This document shows positions 1 to 14,548 of a DNA stretch of 64,000 nt, piece after piece. This stretch comes from Octopus vulgaris (lineage: Eukaryota). The stretch lies in assembly GCA_951406725.2 (NCBI GenBank), contig OX597826.1:37076001-37140000 (forward strand), read 5' to 3'. Position 1 is the first letter of the stretch, and the number at the start of each line of letters is the position of its first letter. Made by a program: the position numbers and the translations under genes. The notes under the pieces were generated by a model. The model saw nothing but the letters and a program-made list of their open reading frames with translations, did no database searches and was not told the origin of the DNA.

Positions 1-103
1 TAAGCCAATTATTGTGTTTGACTCCTCGAATCGCAGTTATATGTGACTGGCCGATTGTCATCACTATTGGAATAATGCATATTACTATGTATAACATAAA
101 TAA

Positions 104-213
104 ATGAAAAACAAAGTCAACCTCGGTGGAATTTGAACTGAGAATGCAAAGACGGACGAAATGCCGCTAAGCATTTCGTCCGGGATGCTAACGATTCTGC
201 CGGCTTGTCGCTT
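104..213 (-). mobile_element. tRNA-headed SINE family B (Meta-domain type), 5' fragment
   Basis: Reverse complement matches the head AAGGCGGCGAGCTGGCAGAATCGTTAGC...GAGTTCAAATTCC...CTTTCAT seen in fuller copies at 46951-47182 and 32294-32513. Confidence 0.8.
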
Positions 214-1219
214 TAGAATTAGTTGCATATTAACTGCTTAATATTCTTTTCCATAAAAGACAAGAATGTTTCTTCTCTGAGGTAGTTCTGGTCAAAGACA
301 TTGTGTAGTGAAAGCAACTACAAAGCTTGACGAGAGAACCACACATCTTCGGCAAAGCCAGCATTAATTTTCTCAAGTTCTACTTTGAAAGAAAGGTGAG
401 GCTGACGAGAATGTATTACTTCCAGGAAAGTTTTTGTATTTGGATCCTAAAGTAGTTGTTTAAAAGCCGGGGATTATAATAGAGACAGGGCACTTGGCAA
501 TGAAGGTAATTATATATCTATTTTTTGGTTTCCTTCATTGGCCTTAGATCAGGCTGTCCTCCATTCCTGCTTGATACATTCACTAGTATTACAATTACTT
601 AGTTATATCACGTGGTACTGGGAACATATAACCTCGTGGTTGGGTGAACAGCGATCAAACTTTTGGTCATCCTGAAGAGTAGAAAACAATGAAAGTCGGA
701 CGAGTTCGAATGAGTCAATTGCTATAATGTAGGTATATTTACATTAACCATGCGTGTTAGGTGGCATGAATTCATAACATTCAAATCAGGAAAGGGACAA
801 GTAATATTCAGAACCACAGCTTCGGAGTAGGAGGCAGTAGGTTAAGGGGGAACTTGTTGAGTTGGCAATGTACCGTCATGCAGTGTTTGATGCCATAATT
901 CATAACAAACAACAGGAATGAGGTCTTATGCCTGGATATATAACAAATTAGATAACACTGCAATGTCTTTACAAACGTTGGATGTACCAGTAGCTGATTT
1001 TGCAGCTAAATATTTCTTTCGGATAGCCTTCGTTTTCCTTATCATTCAGATGAGCAGACACCCTATTGGCGAATTTGAATGGTAGGGCTTTCTGTGTTGT
1101 TGACAAGTTGGTTATCGGGATTACAACTTGAGGGTCTCTGTATATTTGCTTTGGTGTACCAATGTTGTTTTCCTATTTCAACTAACAGGCCACACCAGCT
1201 GTGGGTACTTCCCTGTTAT

Positions 1220-1224
1220 TTCTT

Positions 1225-1313
<89 letters not shown>

Positions 1314-1375
1314 CATTATTATCGTCGACGTCATAATCATCGTCATCATCGTTTTCATCATCATCGTCATTGTTT
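1220..1375. repeat. Compound microsatellite (TTC)n-(TTA)n-(TCA)n
   Basis: Directly visible; explains the poly-F/L/Y/S/I/R ORFs at 1079-1412. Confidence 0.95.
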
Positions 1376-2065
1376 TTGTAACGTGTTTTTCTTTTTCTTT
1401 ATTGTAATTTGATTCTTCAAGGTAAGTCTGTCACTTGAAAGAAACAAAATGTACCTAACCAGACATAATAACAATAGATAAATACACTTTCCGTGGTTTT
1501 TCTTTCCTGCTGTGTTATTTCATGTTTTACAGAGACAAACAAACTAAACTAAACTAACAATTCAGAGAAGAAAGAAGAAATGTTATAACAGTTTGACTGT
1601 CGAAAATTCTTGACTTATTTTTTTAGTCAGACTTCATGTGAAACTTGATGTAAACTGAACCGTTTCCACAATACTCAACTGATTGCAAAGTTTTAATAGC
1701 AAATAATAAAATATACATTACGTACTATTAGAACTAATTCAAAAACAAGCGTTGATTTAAAGAATCTAAACACAAGGTGTGCCGCTGAGATTCTTACCGG
1801 GCGGTGACTTGCGAGTGACGGCTGAGCATTTTTTAAGAAGTAGCAACACATTTTAAAATGATCGAATATCACGTCTATCACAAACATAGAAATGGTAAAT
1901 AGGTAAAAATGTGATCTTTTATTTAATGTTTAATATTTTATATTTCGGTGATTTTCCTCTCAAAGCATCATAAAACTAATTTTTCTTTGTTTTTTCTACA
2001 GATGCAAATATAACTTCTTATTAAGAAATTCGAATTATTCCTCTCAAAATATCAATATATTTAGT

Positions 2066-2262
2066 AAGGCGGTGAACTGGTAGAATCGTTACAACGCTGA
2101 GAAAGAGGCTTAACAACATTTCGTCAGTCTCTACGTTCAGGGTCAAAATTCCGTCCAGTTTGACTTTCCCTTTCATCCTTTTGGAGTTGATAAAATAAGC
2201 ACCAGTGGAGAACTGGGGTCGATGTAATCGGCTTAACTCATCTTCCAAAAATTTAAAACCAA
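2066..2262 (+). mobile_element. SINE family B, near full length, diverged
   Basis: AAGGCGGTGAACTGGTAGAATCGTT head, B-box-like GGTCAAAATTCC, and central CCTTTCATCCTTTTGGAGTTGATAAAATAAGCACCAG, which resembles the MetaSINE domain. Confidence 0.85.
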
Positions 2263-3719
2263 TATTAATACATTCAGTTACCTACGTGTGTTCCTATAGA
2301 AGAAACATTAAAGTTGTACACCTATCTATGCAAGTAATTATATCTGCCAGTCCTCTATGATCTGGCGGGGGGCTGAGTAGATCGAATAGGACCACAAAAC
2401 TTGTAAAGCTTTTTCTATCCTATTTACCACAAATCTGACGCACTTCAATTGTGATTAATTGGAATGTCGGAATTGTTTCCTTTCCTTCAAGTGATTAATT
2501 TAATCAAAGCTAATTTGTTTGTTTTGTTTTCTATACTCGATACGGTCATAATTTTCATTGACAAACATTTTTAGTTTGCTACATTAATTACATATATTAG
2601 CATCAATGAGCTATTTTAATTTCATGCAGAAACCTTCTCCATGTAGTTTTAAGCGTTCATTATTTTTTTTGTACCTAAGTTAGTATTGTTTTATCAGCAG
2701 AATTTATGTTTTATTTGTGATTTATTAAGAAAGGTATTAACTACCTTTCATATTTTTCTGAAAGTAATCGAAGATATTTTTAAAACAAACATAAAGTTCT
2801 CAAAATTAAATTTAACAAAATAAAATTATTCTGCTGAGTATTTCAGAAAACTTTTATATGTTCTTAATATATATATTCTTTCATCTCTTTGTTTCAACTA
2901 GAAACCTACAATATAATATACTTTCATTTCTCCTTCCATTACGTGGTCTACTCCTCTCCAGCTCACCATCTCTAACTCCTCACTTGATTCGCCACCTTCA
3001 CTTTATTGAATTTTTTTTTTCTGCTTTGTTTTAATTAAAGCTGAAAATAACGCCATTAGGCAGGTTCTGCGTTTTTCACCAAATGTATTTAATGTATGTA
3101 ACTAACGACTTCAATTAAACTGGCGCCATTTAACATTCCACTAAATAAGCTGGATATATAATGGCCTTCTTTCAAACATATCTACCTGAAAATGTTACTT
3201 TTTTCTCAAATGAATACTTATATAATATCTTCAGTATTTATTTGTAATTTTATTCATTTTTAAATTCCGTTTTTCTTGTGTGAGTTTGCATAGAGTTAAG
3301 TGATTTTATCAAACCATTTTCTTGTTGTTTTACTCCACTCACTTTTGTTAGATTCCAAATGATTGAAATTTATAAAACAATATACAAGAAAAATTGTAAT
3401 TAACTTAAAAATATTAATTGCAGTTTAAATCAATAAATACATTTAACTTGCTATAATTATCCCCTCTCTTTCTCCGTTATCTCTCTCTCACTAAATTTTT
3501 CGCTCTCTCTCATGTCTCTCTCTCTCTCTCTCTCTGTCTCTTCACTTCTCAAATTATTAGTAGAAAGTTCTCTCTAAAATAATGGTTTTCCTTTTGTTAT
3601 TTAGATTATCGTTAGGTCCTGTCCTTTTTTCTGTTAAGAAGCATCCACTGAGATAAGATAATTCGAAATTGTGTAATTTCATCACAACAATAGTGATACT
3701 TATAGGGGGTGGAAATGTA

Positions 3720-3985
3720 AGGGAGGAGGGGGATGGAGCTGGTGGTGATGGTGGTGAGGATGGGGACGAGAACGGATGATGAAGGTGGTTTTGAAGATAG
3801 TAATGAGGATGGTGATAATGACGACGACGATGACGACGATGATGTTAATGATGAGATTGATGGAAGTATTTTTGGGGGAATTAGGAAAAATGTTGATGAG
3901 TTAGCAATACTAAATATATTGATGATTTTATTAGTGATGATGATGACCACCATGACAATGGCATTGACATTTATTGATCGATGAC
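3720..3985. repeat. (GAT)/(GAC)-rich low-complexity tract
   Basis: Directly visible; source of the acidic and Ser-rich ORFs at 3612-3984. Confidence 0.8.
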
Positions 3986-4309
3986 CTCAAATCACATCCA
4001 TTAGATTCGCCCACGACAGAATTAATGATGAAAGCTTTTTAAATTCGAAGCCAGAAAAATTTACGTAATTTGAAACACAACTAAAAAGGGTACAAGAGAA
4101 TAACAGTTTATTGACAATAGACAAAACAGCTGAACAATATGAATGCAAAGAGAATGGTAAGAATATGGAACAAATTAGATCTTCATTGAGGCAGAGACTC
4201 TCTCTGGTCCGTCCAAATCTCGACGCTGATTAAAATATTGTATATAAAATATATAAAATCTACATAAGCCTATAACATCGAAAGTTGTTTCGAATAATTT
4301 TAGAGTTTT

Positions 4310-4445
4310 ATTCCGCATCGACGTTTCCATCACCTTTTTATCACTCCGGGCTCAATAAAAGAAATACTAGTTATGAACTGGGACTGAATATGATCCACTG
4401 ATTGCCATTCCAAACTATTGGTTCCTTGCCTAAATTAGAAATAAT
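4310..4445 (+). mobile_element. SINE family B, highly decayed 3' half
   Basis: Weak by-eye similarity: CCTTTTTATCACTCCGGGCTCAATAAAAGAAATACTAGTT...CTTGCCTAAATTAGAAA. Confidence 0.5.
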
Positions 4446-4552
4446 AATCACACATACATATATACACACACACACACACACATATATACGCACACACAAA
4501 ATATATGCTTATATAAGTGCATCTTTCGTTGGACTTTGATTAATAAAGATAT

Positions 4553-4630
<78 letters not shown>

Positions 4631-4631
4631 C

Positions 4632-4662
<31 letters not shown>

Positions 4663-4906
4663 CATAATCAGCTATCTAAAAGTGATATAGCAATATTATA
4701 GAGATATGAATCCAGTTAAGGTGGACCGCTAGTCCTCTATATCCCCTCTACCTGTGGAAACAGTATTGCTTTCTTCGAGAAATCTAAGCAAAGGTTCTGG
4801 GACTCCTAACTGTAAGTGTTCCCGCTGCACTTTTTGTAGACCCATTTTATATCTAATTTGTGGCCCATTTTTGACATTCAAAGCGCGACCAAACAGCAAT
4901 ATATGC

Positions 4907-4942
<36 letters not shown>

Positions 4943-5208
4943 CATATATGCAAATACACAAACACACTTACACAAACCCACATATAAAACGTTATTAGCA
5001 CTCTGTATAACGAAACCTGAAAAGGTTATTTGCATATATATTCCTAACATACCGAGGTGCTTTCGTACGCAACATATGCTTTTCGCTGCAGCGTAGAATA
5101 TAGGAGCATAACATTTTTTTGGGCATTAGTGAGTTCAACACACTAAGATTATTGGCACATGCCATTTTGGTGCGCCGGTGTTTGAAGATGATGTTCTCAT
5201 CACCCATA

Positions 5209-5600
5209 GGCGCAGGAGTGGCTGTGTGGTAATTAGCTTGTTTACCAACCACATAGTTCCGGATTCAGTCGCACTGCGTGGCACCTTGGGCAAGAGTCTT
5301 CTACTATAGCCTCGGGCCGACCAAAGCCTTGTGAGTGGATTTGGTAGACGGAAATTTAAAGAAGCCCGTCGTATATATGTAAATATATACATATATATAT
5401 GCGTGTGTGTTTGTCCCCCTAGCATTGCTTGACAACCGATGCTGGTGTGTTTATGTCCCCGTTACTTAGCGGTTCGGCAAAAGAGACCGATAGAATAAGT
5501 ACTGGGCTTACAAAAAGAATAAGTCCCGAGGTCGAGTTGCTCGATTAAAGGCGGTGCTCCAGCATGGCCGCAGTCAAATGACTGAAACAAGTAAAGAGTA
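5209..5600 (+). mobile_element. tRNA-headed SINE family A (CORE-like), full length
   Basis: GGCGCAGGAGTGGCTGTGTGG A-box head, GGATTCAGTC B-box, CORE-like CCTTGGGCAAG, internal (TA)/(TG) tract, 3' tail GGCGGTGCTCCAGCATGGCCGCAGTCAAATGACTGAAAC and an AAGAGTA end; many similar copies in the window. Confidence 0.92.
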
Positions 5601-8094
5601 TGCACTCGGATCTTTGAACCTCCTAAACCAAACTGCTGGCTTTGTTTATTATTTCAGCGAACTAGTCGTTTATTGAACGGCGCTTACACTTGCGTCAGAA
5701 ATGAATTAGCACTTCTCAAATTTCTACATTAAATAGGTTAAATCAATTAACCTATGAGCTGTTCAAAACGTCTTACGCGATGAGAAAACTTAGTATGGTG
5801 TGATTTCGGTCCTTGCGAGGCGCTACCTATATCTATTAAACAAAGGAAGATTTGTCTGTATCCACACTCCAAGTTGTTGCACTGCTATGTCAACATCATA
5901 AGGCTGTAGACTCTCAAACTGCTCTGCAAACAAAGTTACGTCATCGTTCTGCGCAACAGTGAACTCGCAACAAAGCAATAGTTCGAGATATGGCCACTAG
6001 GTGACAGCACATACCTTGAGTGAAGAGCAAATCAAGGGTGCTAATTAATTTCTGACGGTAGTGTATATCAGACAATCGATGAGAAATCGTTATTTACATA
6101 GCGTACGACGAGATCCGAAACAATTATTTGCATAATACAATCTCGCAGATCGGACGTAGCATATGTTGGTCACTGTAGTGTAGGTCACCTTTCTCTTTTA
6201 GGACGACAGCGCGTTCAAAAGACTCCGCATATATGTATGTAGAAAGGAAACGTAAATTTATGTTTGATTTCTGGGGTTCTGAAGTGTTCCCTCAATTGTA
6301 TCTGCCATACCAAGGACTTGATTTATCGTTGCAATCCTCTGTTATTTCATAAACCTACATTCACCATCAACACTGCATCGCTTACAGCACTTTAGGAACA
6401 TTACAACATTACGTTACTCTTACTGACTTTCGAAACAACTCAATATATGAACTTTGAATGTGTGCAACAGTTTGATTGACCTCCGTTGATTTTGAAATCT
6501 GAATAGCGCTCTTTCGAATTAGTTAAAATAAAAACAATCGTTGTCACATTGAAAGAGATGCTTCTGGACATAGTATAAAGCACATTAAGAAAAAAAAAAT
6601 AAACGAAAATCGAATTTAAAGTGGAGCAAAATAATTCCTCTTAAAATTAAGGACAATTAAATTGTTTTGAAGAACAAATTTAAATATGAGAGCCACAAAA
6701 TATCTCTTTTAGAATTTGCTTTAAAAATATTTAACAACTGAAAACTAACGTTTTTTTCTCAGTAATTCAGTTATCTGAAACCATTCCAGCATCAGGAATA
6801 TTTTATAGCTCGCTCCTTCTCACCCTCTCTAGCTATCTATTACACATTCGCTTTCTCTCTCTTTCTCTCTCACCCTCTCACTTTGTTTTCTAACTTTCTG
6901 GTTTTCTCTTTCCTATTCGATCTGTGTTTCTTCCCCCCTCTCTCTTTCACTCTCTAACCTGCACTTTCTTTCTCTTTCCATTTTCCCTTTTTCTTTCTTC
7001 TTTTTCCTCTTAATATGTCTCTTTTGTCTCAATTTCTCAACAGCCACTTGTTATGTAATTTTCAATGAAAGACTTTCTTCGGAAGGAAGTTTGACAAGTG
7101 AAGTTTGAATTGGTCACAAGTGGATTTGGCATGCCAATGACAATAAACCAAACTATGCAATGAAGCGTAATATGAGGAGATTAGTGGCAGTGGTGACCAG
7201 CATTGTAGCATCTTGAGTTAGTTTTATTTCTTTCATTCTAAATTATAGTTAACTATTCTACTATGTTTATAGTTATATATTTATTTTTATTTAAATCTTT
7301 ACTGAAATTATTCGCAAAATACCCATTTTCTTCATATTATTTCTTGCTTCTTTAACAAAGTTACGTCATTGTAAAAGAAATATTTTCTTTTTACAGTTTT
7401 TGCTAGCAACGATCGACCTTGTTTTTGTTTGGTATATTTATTTTTATATAATCTAGCTAACGAAACAGTGTAACTGACTGGCTTGCTTTGCAGCTCCTCG
7501 GCTAAAACGTTGCGTGTTTCGGGTGCCATAAGGCATGCATTTTCATCTGATTTGCTACATTTGACTAACCTTGTTATGCGAAAAGAACTTGGTGAAGATG
7601 AACGAATAAATTATTATAAAACGGGGAGTATAAAACAGTAATATAAAACAACCCACGTTCCAACAATTTGTAATGAATTCCAAAACCCTGCCTCATTTAG
7701 ATACCTAAAACTATACCCGTCTTCTTCGACCTTTTCTCTCCTTCTCTGTCACCTCTCTCTCCCTATCTCCCTTTCCACCAACTGCTTTTCTCATATGTAA
7801 ATAACATTCTGATCAAATTCATTGATACACAATAATTAATTTAATATTTTCGTCAATTAACAATTGAAAGCTTCTATCACTGATTACATTGTAGAGAATT
7901 TTTTATATAAGAGATAATTTAAAGATATGAATTTTGTATCTTAGAAACAATTTCATCAAACTGATAATTTTTTAACATCGGTCAGACAAATCAAATAGTT
8001 ATTAGATATAATGAAAGAGAAGGTAAACGGAAAATATTGTGTAATTTAATCCCCCAATTGCATAGGAGCTTTTGTCCAATATTGTGGTATAAAC

Positions 8095-8290
8095 AGGCAA
8101 TGATCTGGTAGATCTGTTAGCATGGCGGGCAAAACGCTCAGCGGCATTTCGTTTGCTTTGACCTTAAATTCAAACGCTGCCTTTCATATTTTCGGGATCG
8201 ATAAAATAAGCACCAGTTGAACACTGGGGTAGATCTAAGCGGATTACCCCCTCCTCCAAAATTGATAGGCTTGGGCCAAAATTTGAAACC
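8095..8290 (+). mobile_element. SINE family B, diverged
   Basis: Decayed head plus GCCTTTCATATTTTCGGGATCGATAAAATAAGCACCAGTTGAACACTGGGGT. Confidence 0.8.
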
Positions 8291-10750
8291 GACACTGAGA
8301 TCCAATATTAAAAGAAGAGTTGGAAAATCCGCATTTTAGAGCTCTCGGGAATTTTTAAGAGAGGCAAAATGGCCGATGACCAACTTCTCGTTTGTCATTG
8401 ATGAAAATAAATACTTCTCGTCTGTATCCGATAACACTTCCCTTGTGATGATACAGTGGTTATAAGTGAAAACTATTGAGGTATTATATTCTAATATCAG
8501 TGAAGGGAATATGTATTTAAAGTCATGCGATAACATTTAGTAAGAAGAATGGAATTGTAGAGTGCGTTCTGAAATGTTACAGCTTTAACCCTTTAGCTAC
8601 AATAATTAATGTTTGAGCATGCCACTCTAGTCGCAAGCAAGTCGTAGAAATTGATAACAATCTGAAATTTAGATTGTTGAAAAGGATTTGTCAACAAGTC
8701 ATGTACTTTAACGACTTCTGTTTCCTTGGCATCCTTTTGGCAATTCACTTACTCACGATGCGTGAACTAAAACGATTCAGAAATACTATGAGATAAGGTG
8801 AACAACCTACAGTGTCTGCGAGGAAGAGTGCAACAACTCATTTTTACAAATATTCCCAAGCCTTAAAAACATGTAAAAGACATTCATGAAAATTTAACGG
8901 CGGTCAAGTAACATCTAGGCGGAGATGGTAAAAAAAGCTCAATAGTTTAAAGCACCAAAACTTAAGTAGGACCTTCTAAGCTAATGTTTGCAACAATGTA
9001 GAACAGTTTTGATAAAGAGGATGATGCACAACATTGTTCCACAACGCTGATAAAATTTTCTACTTAGAGCATTCCTCCTGCTTTTTTATAAGGTCTCATC
9101 ACCTCTTTCATGGTTTTTAACCTTCCCTCAGGAGAGAGATATGATCTGACTTGGAAGCTACAGGTGTAACTTTATCAAATAAGGTGTTTCCGTTTGTTAA
9201 TAGGTCAATGAGTCTTTCAACTATAGTCATTGGCTAAAACCACAGTTACAGGTAGAGTGGTGCACGTAAAGGCAAGGTACATTGCTGATTGCCTCAATCT
9301 AGAAAAAACGGAAATATGTGAGTTTTTTCTAAAATTTTTTTATATAAATACAATTGACAAGAGAAAGTAAAAAGATTTCACTTGCAATAAAAGTGTATAG
9401 AAAAATATTGTTGTAGAATAACATTTTCTGTGTCAGAAATATATGACAGAAAAAAAATAATAAAATTACTTTTATTTTCCATCATAGCCTACTTTGGTAA
9501 CTTTCAGCGTTTTGCAATAAAACTATTTTTCGTAAAAGTAAAACTTGTACATCAATGCAGTGAGTTTATTTCTATTTTATGTCCATTTTAGCTATTACTA
9601 AGAATATAGTTTAATCTTTTCCTCTTTGGTGTGAGGATTCTCTTGTTGTTTATTTGTTTGATACAGCCAATATCTTTCTTATTCTATCTCATTTTTCTTT
9701 CAATAATCACCAAGAAAATTAACATAGTCACATACCATTAGTCCCGATTTCAATAAGTAAAATATCAAGTGCAGTTTATGTTAAAAACATTTCTAAAACT
9801 GAAACTAATATAAAACTGACAGGAGACTACCGAAACTTTTCTTTTTACCTACTTTATGAGAGTTCTTGCAGTTAGTAACATCATTTTTCTCGTTCTAGAA
9901 ATTGTTAATGGAAATATTGTTGTTTCCTGTTAACAAATAAAAGAAATTGAACTTTCTAATTCATCTGCAGGTCTCCATGGTTAATATAAACTATTTTTAA
10001 AAACTATTCCATAATATCTGTAGATGTATATGTACACATGTGTGTGTGTGCCTCTCTCTCTCTGTCGGTCTGTGCGTGTCTCTCTCTGTCAGTGTGTGTA
10101 TGTGTGTGTGTGGGGTGGTGGTGATATTTTCGGGTTACTGATGTGTTACAAAAGGTGATGTCAGTCTTCAAAATAAAATACGCTCTGCTGAAAATAAAGT
10201 AAAAACGAATACCTTAAACACAACAGAAACAGCGAGATCTATTAACAGATATTGATTTCTAACATTAGCAAAATATCAATAATTTAGAAAAATGGTCGCC
10301 GTCGCTCGACATTTTGGAAAAAATATTCTACACATCTGAGTCCAGAGTGGAAGGACAGGAATGACAGATTCCTACATACATCTCTATTGCTAGGAACGGC
10401 TGTAATGATTTCAATCAGAGATTATGTAATGTGCATTGAATTGTTAATACGGTAAAATGAGATTAGAGGGAAATTTGGCTGATGTTTCCAGCTGACAAAA
10501 GACATGTGATGTTTTTATTTCTAAAACTGTGTTGATTTTTGTTGTAACGATACGGCATAGTACGAACTGTGCAGATAATGTACAGATAATGTTGTATCTC
10601 TCAGAGATATACCCACGCCTCACGGGGTGGCAGCACATTACTACAATAGCAATTAGTAAAGATTTTGAAATTCTAAAATATCTAAACGATATAAGATGAG
10701 AATAGTACCCCTTCCCCGACACACACACACATACACATATGTGTATATAA

Positions 10751-10806
<56 letters not shown>

Positions 10807-11640
10807 AAATATAAATATATATATATATATATATATGCATGTCATGGTAAGGTACAAAGGTATGGTATTTACAGAGGATCACTCAATCTGAGTCTTGGGT
10901 TATTAACGCTGTCGAATTCCAAAACCAATATCTTAATTCTTCAATTGCTGGAAATCTTAGTTTCACGATGGTAATAATGTTGTGTGGGTGTGCGAAAGAG
11001 CAAATTATAATCCAAATAATAAGAAAAAAATTTTAACACATCTTTAATGATTCCTTACAATTGTCTCTGTACTGACTCTGCATGCAACGCTAGTTTATGC
11101 AAAATTCGTATTGAAGATTTAAGTGAAGTTTGCTGTTTTAAACATTAGAGCGACACTTCATCAGACTTTCACCAAAGGTGCGCACTTACTTTGTACATCT
11201 TCCAGACATTGGGTTTTGGCTTATATCGGGAGAAAACAAATAATACATACAAGGCGAAGTCAAAAGTTATCTGCACTTTTGCCATAACATATCTTTATTA
11301 TTATCACACTGCCTTCTGCACATGCGTGCTTATAGTTGGTATATACGTGTTTATAGTCGCTGTGCCGAGGAAGAAAAAATAACCCAGAAACCGCGGTTCG
11401 CAGATATTGATTTATTCTGATGCTGAACTCCCCTGTTCGAATATATCAGGACACAGATTGAGTGTCGTATAGCCAACTGAAGACGATGTTTCCTGGGGCT
11501 AAACAACAGTAACATTCGTCCCAACATTTGACTGCCACATTACGTTGGCAAATAATCTATATTTTAAAGTGCTGTTACTGAATGTCTTTCGTTGAGAGAT
11601 TTAGAAATAATGCTTATATATATATATACATACATATTAT

Positions 11641-12010
11641 TTTATTCTTTGTCTCAATTACTTCATTGCGGCAATGATGGCGCACCACTTTTCGTCGAAC
11701 AATTCAAGCCCAGTACTTATTCTTTGTAAGCCTAGTATTTATTCTATCAGCGTATGTTGCCGAACCGCTAAATTACGGGCACATCAGCACACCAACATTG
11801 GTTATCAAGCGATGATGGGGCGACAAACACAACACACACATATGTATATATTCGACTGGGTTCTTTCAGTTTCCGTCTACAAAATCCACTCGCAAGGATT
11901 TTATCGGCCCGAGACTATAGTAGGAGGCCTTTGTACAAGATACCACGCAGTGGGACTGAGCCCAGTACCATGTGATTGGGAAGCAAGCTGCTTACTACAT
12001 ACCCAGTCCT
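11641..12010 (-). mobile_element. SINE family A, near full length, diverged
   Basis: Collinear with the reverse complement of 5209-5600. Confidence 0.85.
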
Positions 12011-12072
12011 ATACTTATATATATATATGTGTAATGATAGAAGACAGGCAGACAGACAAACAGATAGATTGG

Positions 12073-12161
<89 letters not shown>
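12073..12161. repeat. (GATA)n microsatellite
   Basis: Directly visible. Confidence 0.95.
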
Positions 12162-12162
<1 letters not shown>

Positions 12163-14486
12163 TTTAGATACTACCTCATCTACCTTATATAAACTACGCC
12201 TATATTTACAGCTTCTATAACTTAAATGATGGTATCTGAGGGTTGCTCGGATGCAAGAGAAAAACATTTATAAGGAACTTGGTCTGAAGTATTAGAAAAT
12301 AGTTCCTTTTTTTAAGAATCTGAAAACAAAATAGAAGTCGCCTCCCTGAAAGATTAGACTGGTGCTGTATTTTGTTTGAAATAGTGAAACTTGCTACTTA
12401 TTCTAAATTTAAAAAAAAAGGCCCTGACTATTAAGAATGTTCCACTACTGGTCGGGTTTATATGCTTGATGCCCAGCTTCTCCTTTTGCGGGTGGACATT
12501 ACACTACTGTCACTGGTGAGTTTCTATCAAGATTTTCGAGAAGTTATGCCTTCGGAACCACTACTCTCATTGCATGTGACCTAGAATGGTACCTCTGTCA
12601 GAGCCTTAGTAATGGTTCAAATAGCAAGCAATAGGTGATGGTCCTGTGAGTGTGATATCATAAAGGTCTCCTACAGTAGAACTTTGTTGCATATACCTGG
12701 GAGTCAGCCTCAAGACCTGTTCCGCTGTGGCCGTTCAATACTTGGACATTCCTTGATTGCACATGTGCTACTTCTTTTGCCTAAAAATTCAACGGGCTTT
12801 GTGCCTCAAGAATAGTGTTCAGGAGAGCAGAAAAAATAATAAATCTATTATCATATCGGCATTAATACACACAAACAAAATACATACGCATGTACACGCG
12901 CATACACATACACACACATAGTCTATACTTTCAAACATGTGTTTCCCTGCGAATTGTTTTAAGAATAATATATATGTCGTGTTTGTAATGCCTTTTCGAT
13001 GTTCCATAAATCATCACTCAAGTGTCGTACGAATACATGTATGTACAACAGATTATGTCTTCGTTATCCTTCCATAGTTAAGAGTTACAAACATAAACCG
13101 TAACAGAACAATATGATAGTGTCTGAAAAAATAGTGGAACTTTCAGATAAACTTAATCAAATGCATTCGTTCAACATGACAAAATTGTATCATGGAATCA
13201 AATTGCAATAAGAAAGTATTTAGTTAATGAGGCAGATGTTAATGTTTTACGCATTAAAATGCAATTAACCGTATTGAATCTCTTTATGTATGTGTTGTAA
13301 AATAATTGTATTTGAAATTACATTTGGCTGTAACCTATGGCTTTATGACTAATATCGCAACACATGTAAACTTGAAACCCACTTGAATTTCATCGCTTTG
13401 TATGGATTAACTGCAAACGAATATTTAAACAATTCTAAGAAATTCAATAAATGTTATTTAAAAGAAATGTGAAATCAGATAAAATCTCATCAAAAATGCA
13501 GTAAAAAAAGAAGCGCACGATGATAGAGATACGAGTAAGTATTTGAAACACGGAGAAAAGAATTTGCATTAAGACTCTTGAGAACTAGAAGCAAAGTCAA
13601 AAGTTATCCTTCATGAACTCAATTTCTAAACAAAAACGATTTTTTATTCACATTAGATTCGAGTTAAATTCAGGAAAGGTCATAATTCCATGCCATTTGA
13701 CATTTGATAAGATCTGAAAAAATACAAGCTTAATGAAAAGATTAACAAAAGAAAGTATACAATTGAGAAATTTGGGGTGCTTCAAGTGCAGCAACGAGGT
13801 TAAAAGGTTGAATGAAATGCTGATAAATAGATAAATAAAACTGATTACTGACTGGCTCCGTCTTTCTCTGTTCTAAATTAAATATAAAAGGTGTTTCGTA
13901 AAGAAATAAATTAGTTATATCGAGATTTACAAAGTATTCATGCAAATATATACACTGTATATATAAACTTAAAACAGTTGATTTAATAAAGATAAAAACG
14001 AGATCTAAGTGCATAAAATCTATGTATCGAGATATGCCGAATTTCATTGCATAAACTAGATTGCACATTGAGTATCTTTATTCGTAAAAAATCACACTTC
14101 ATCTTCAAATGCAACAAATTTACAATAACATAACAACGTAGAATTATAATTTCGAGATTGTGCATTTGTGACAAGAGAAGATCTATGAAGGGACGAATAG
14201 AAAACAGACAACTACGTATTAAGCTTAACGTATGATATCACTGAAAGGCATGATGCTCTGAACCTTTATCTGAGAGAAAATTTCTTCCTAGGCATATGGA
14301 AAAACACCTGAAATCCATAGTCATAGAGAAGCGAGACAACTCACACCTTAGATGCTTTTCGCTCCAAAGTGGGACCCAGGGTCTTTTATTCCACCTGTGT
14401 GTCAGTATGTGTTTCAGGTGTTTTAACAACGGCGCTTTCAGAGAATCGTCTCCACTGCGAAAAGCATATATGTGTATATGTGTTCG

Positions 14487-14548
<62 letters not shown>

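Noticed and set aside
1079-1412. Poly-amino-acid ORFs here and throughout ([12 protein letters not shown], poly-L/R/H)
   Set aside because: They are translations of microsatellites that lack stop codons; no domain or splice support.
3733-3984. Acidic 83-aa ORF with a hydrophobic tail
   Set aside because: Arises from (GAT)/(GAC) low-complexity sequence.
5209-5285. tRNA gene calls at SINE heads
   Set aside because: A/B boxes are present, but each runs into a repeated SINE body and lacks a full cloverleaf.
5832-5870. Possible Helitron 5' end (TCTATTAAACAAAGGAAGATTTGTCTGT)
   Set aside because: No matching 3' hairpin-CTAG end identified; too short to support.
5991-6009. CTCF-like motif TGGCCACTAGGTGACAGCA
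   Set aside because: Single motif with a mismatch at a core G, probably within a repeat; cannot be supported without binding data.
8600-9300. Possible very old LINE fragment on the minus strand
   Set aside because: No convincing motif could be read in any frame by eye.
11125-11175. Minus-strand CTGATGA suggesting another hammerhead
   Set aside because: GAAA box and cleavage triplet are absent; other CTGANGA hits (672, 35461, 54980) likewise lack pairing stems.
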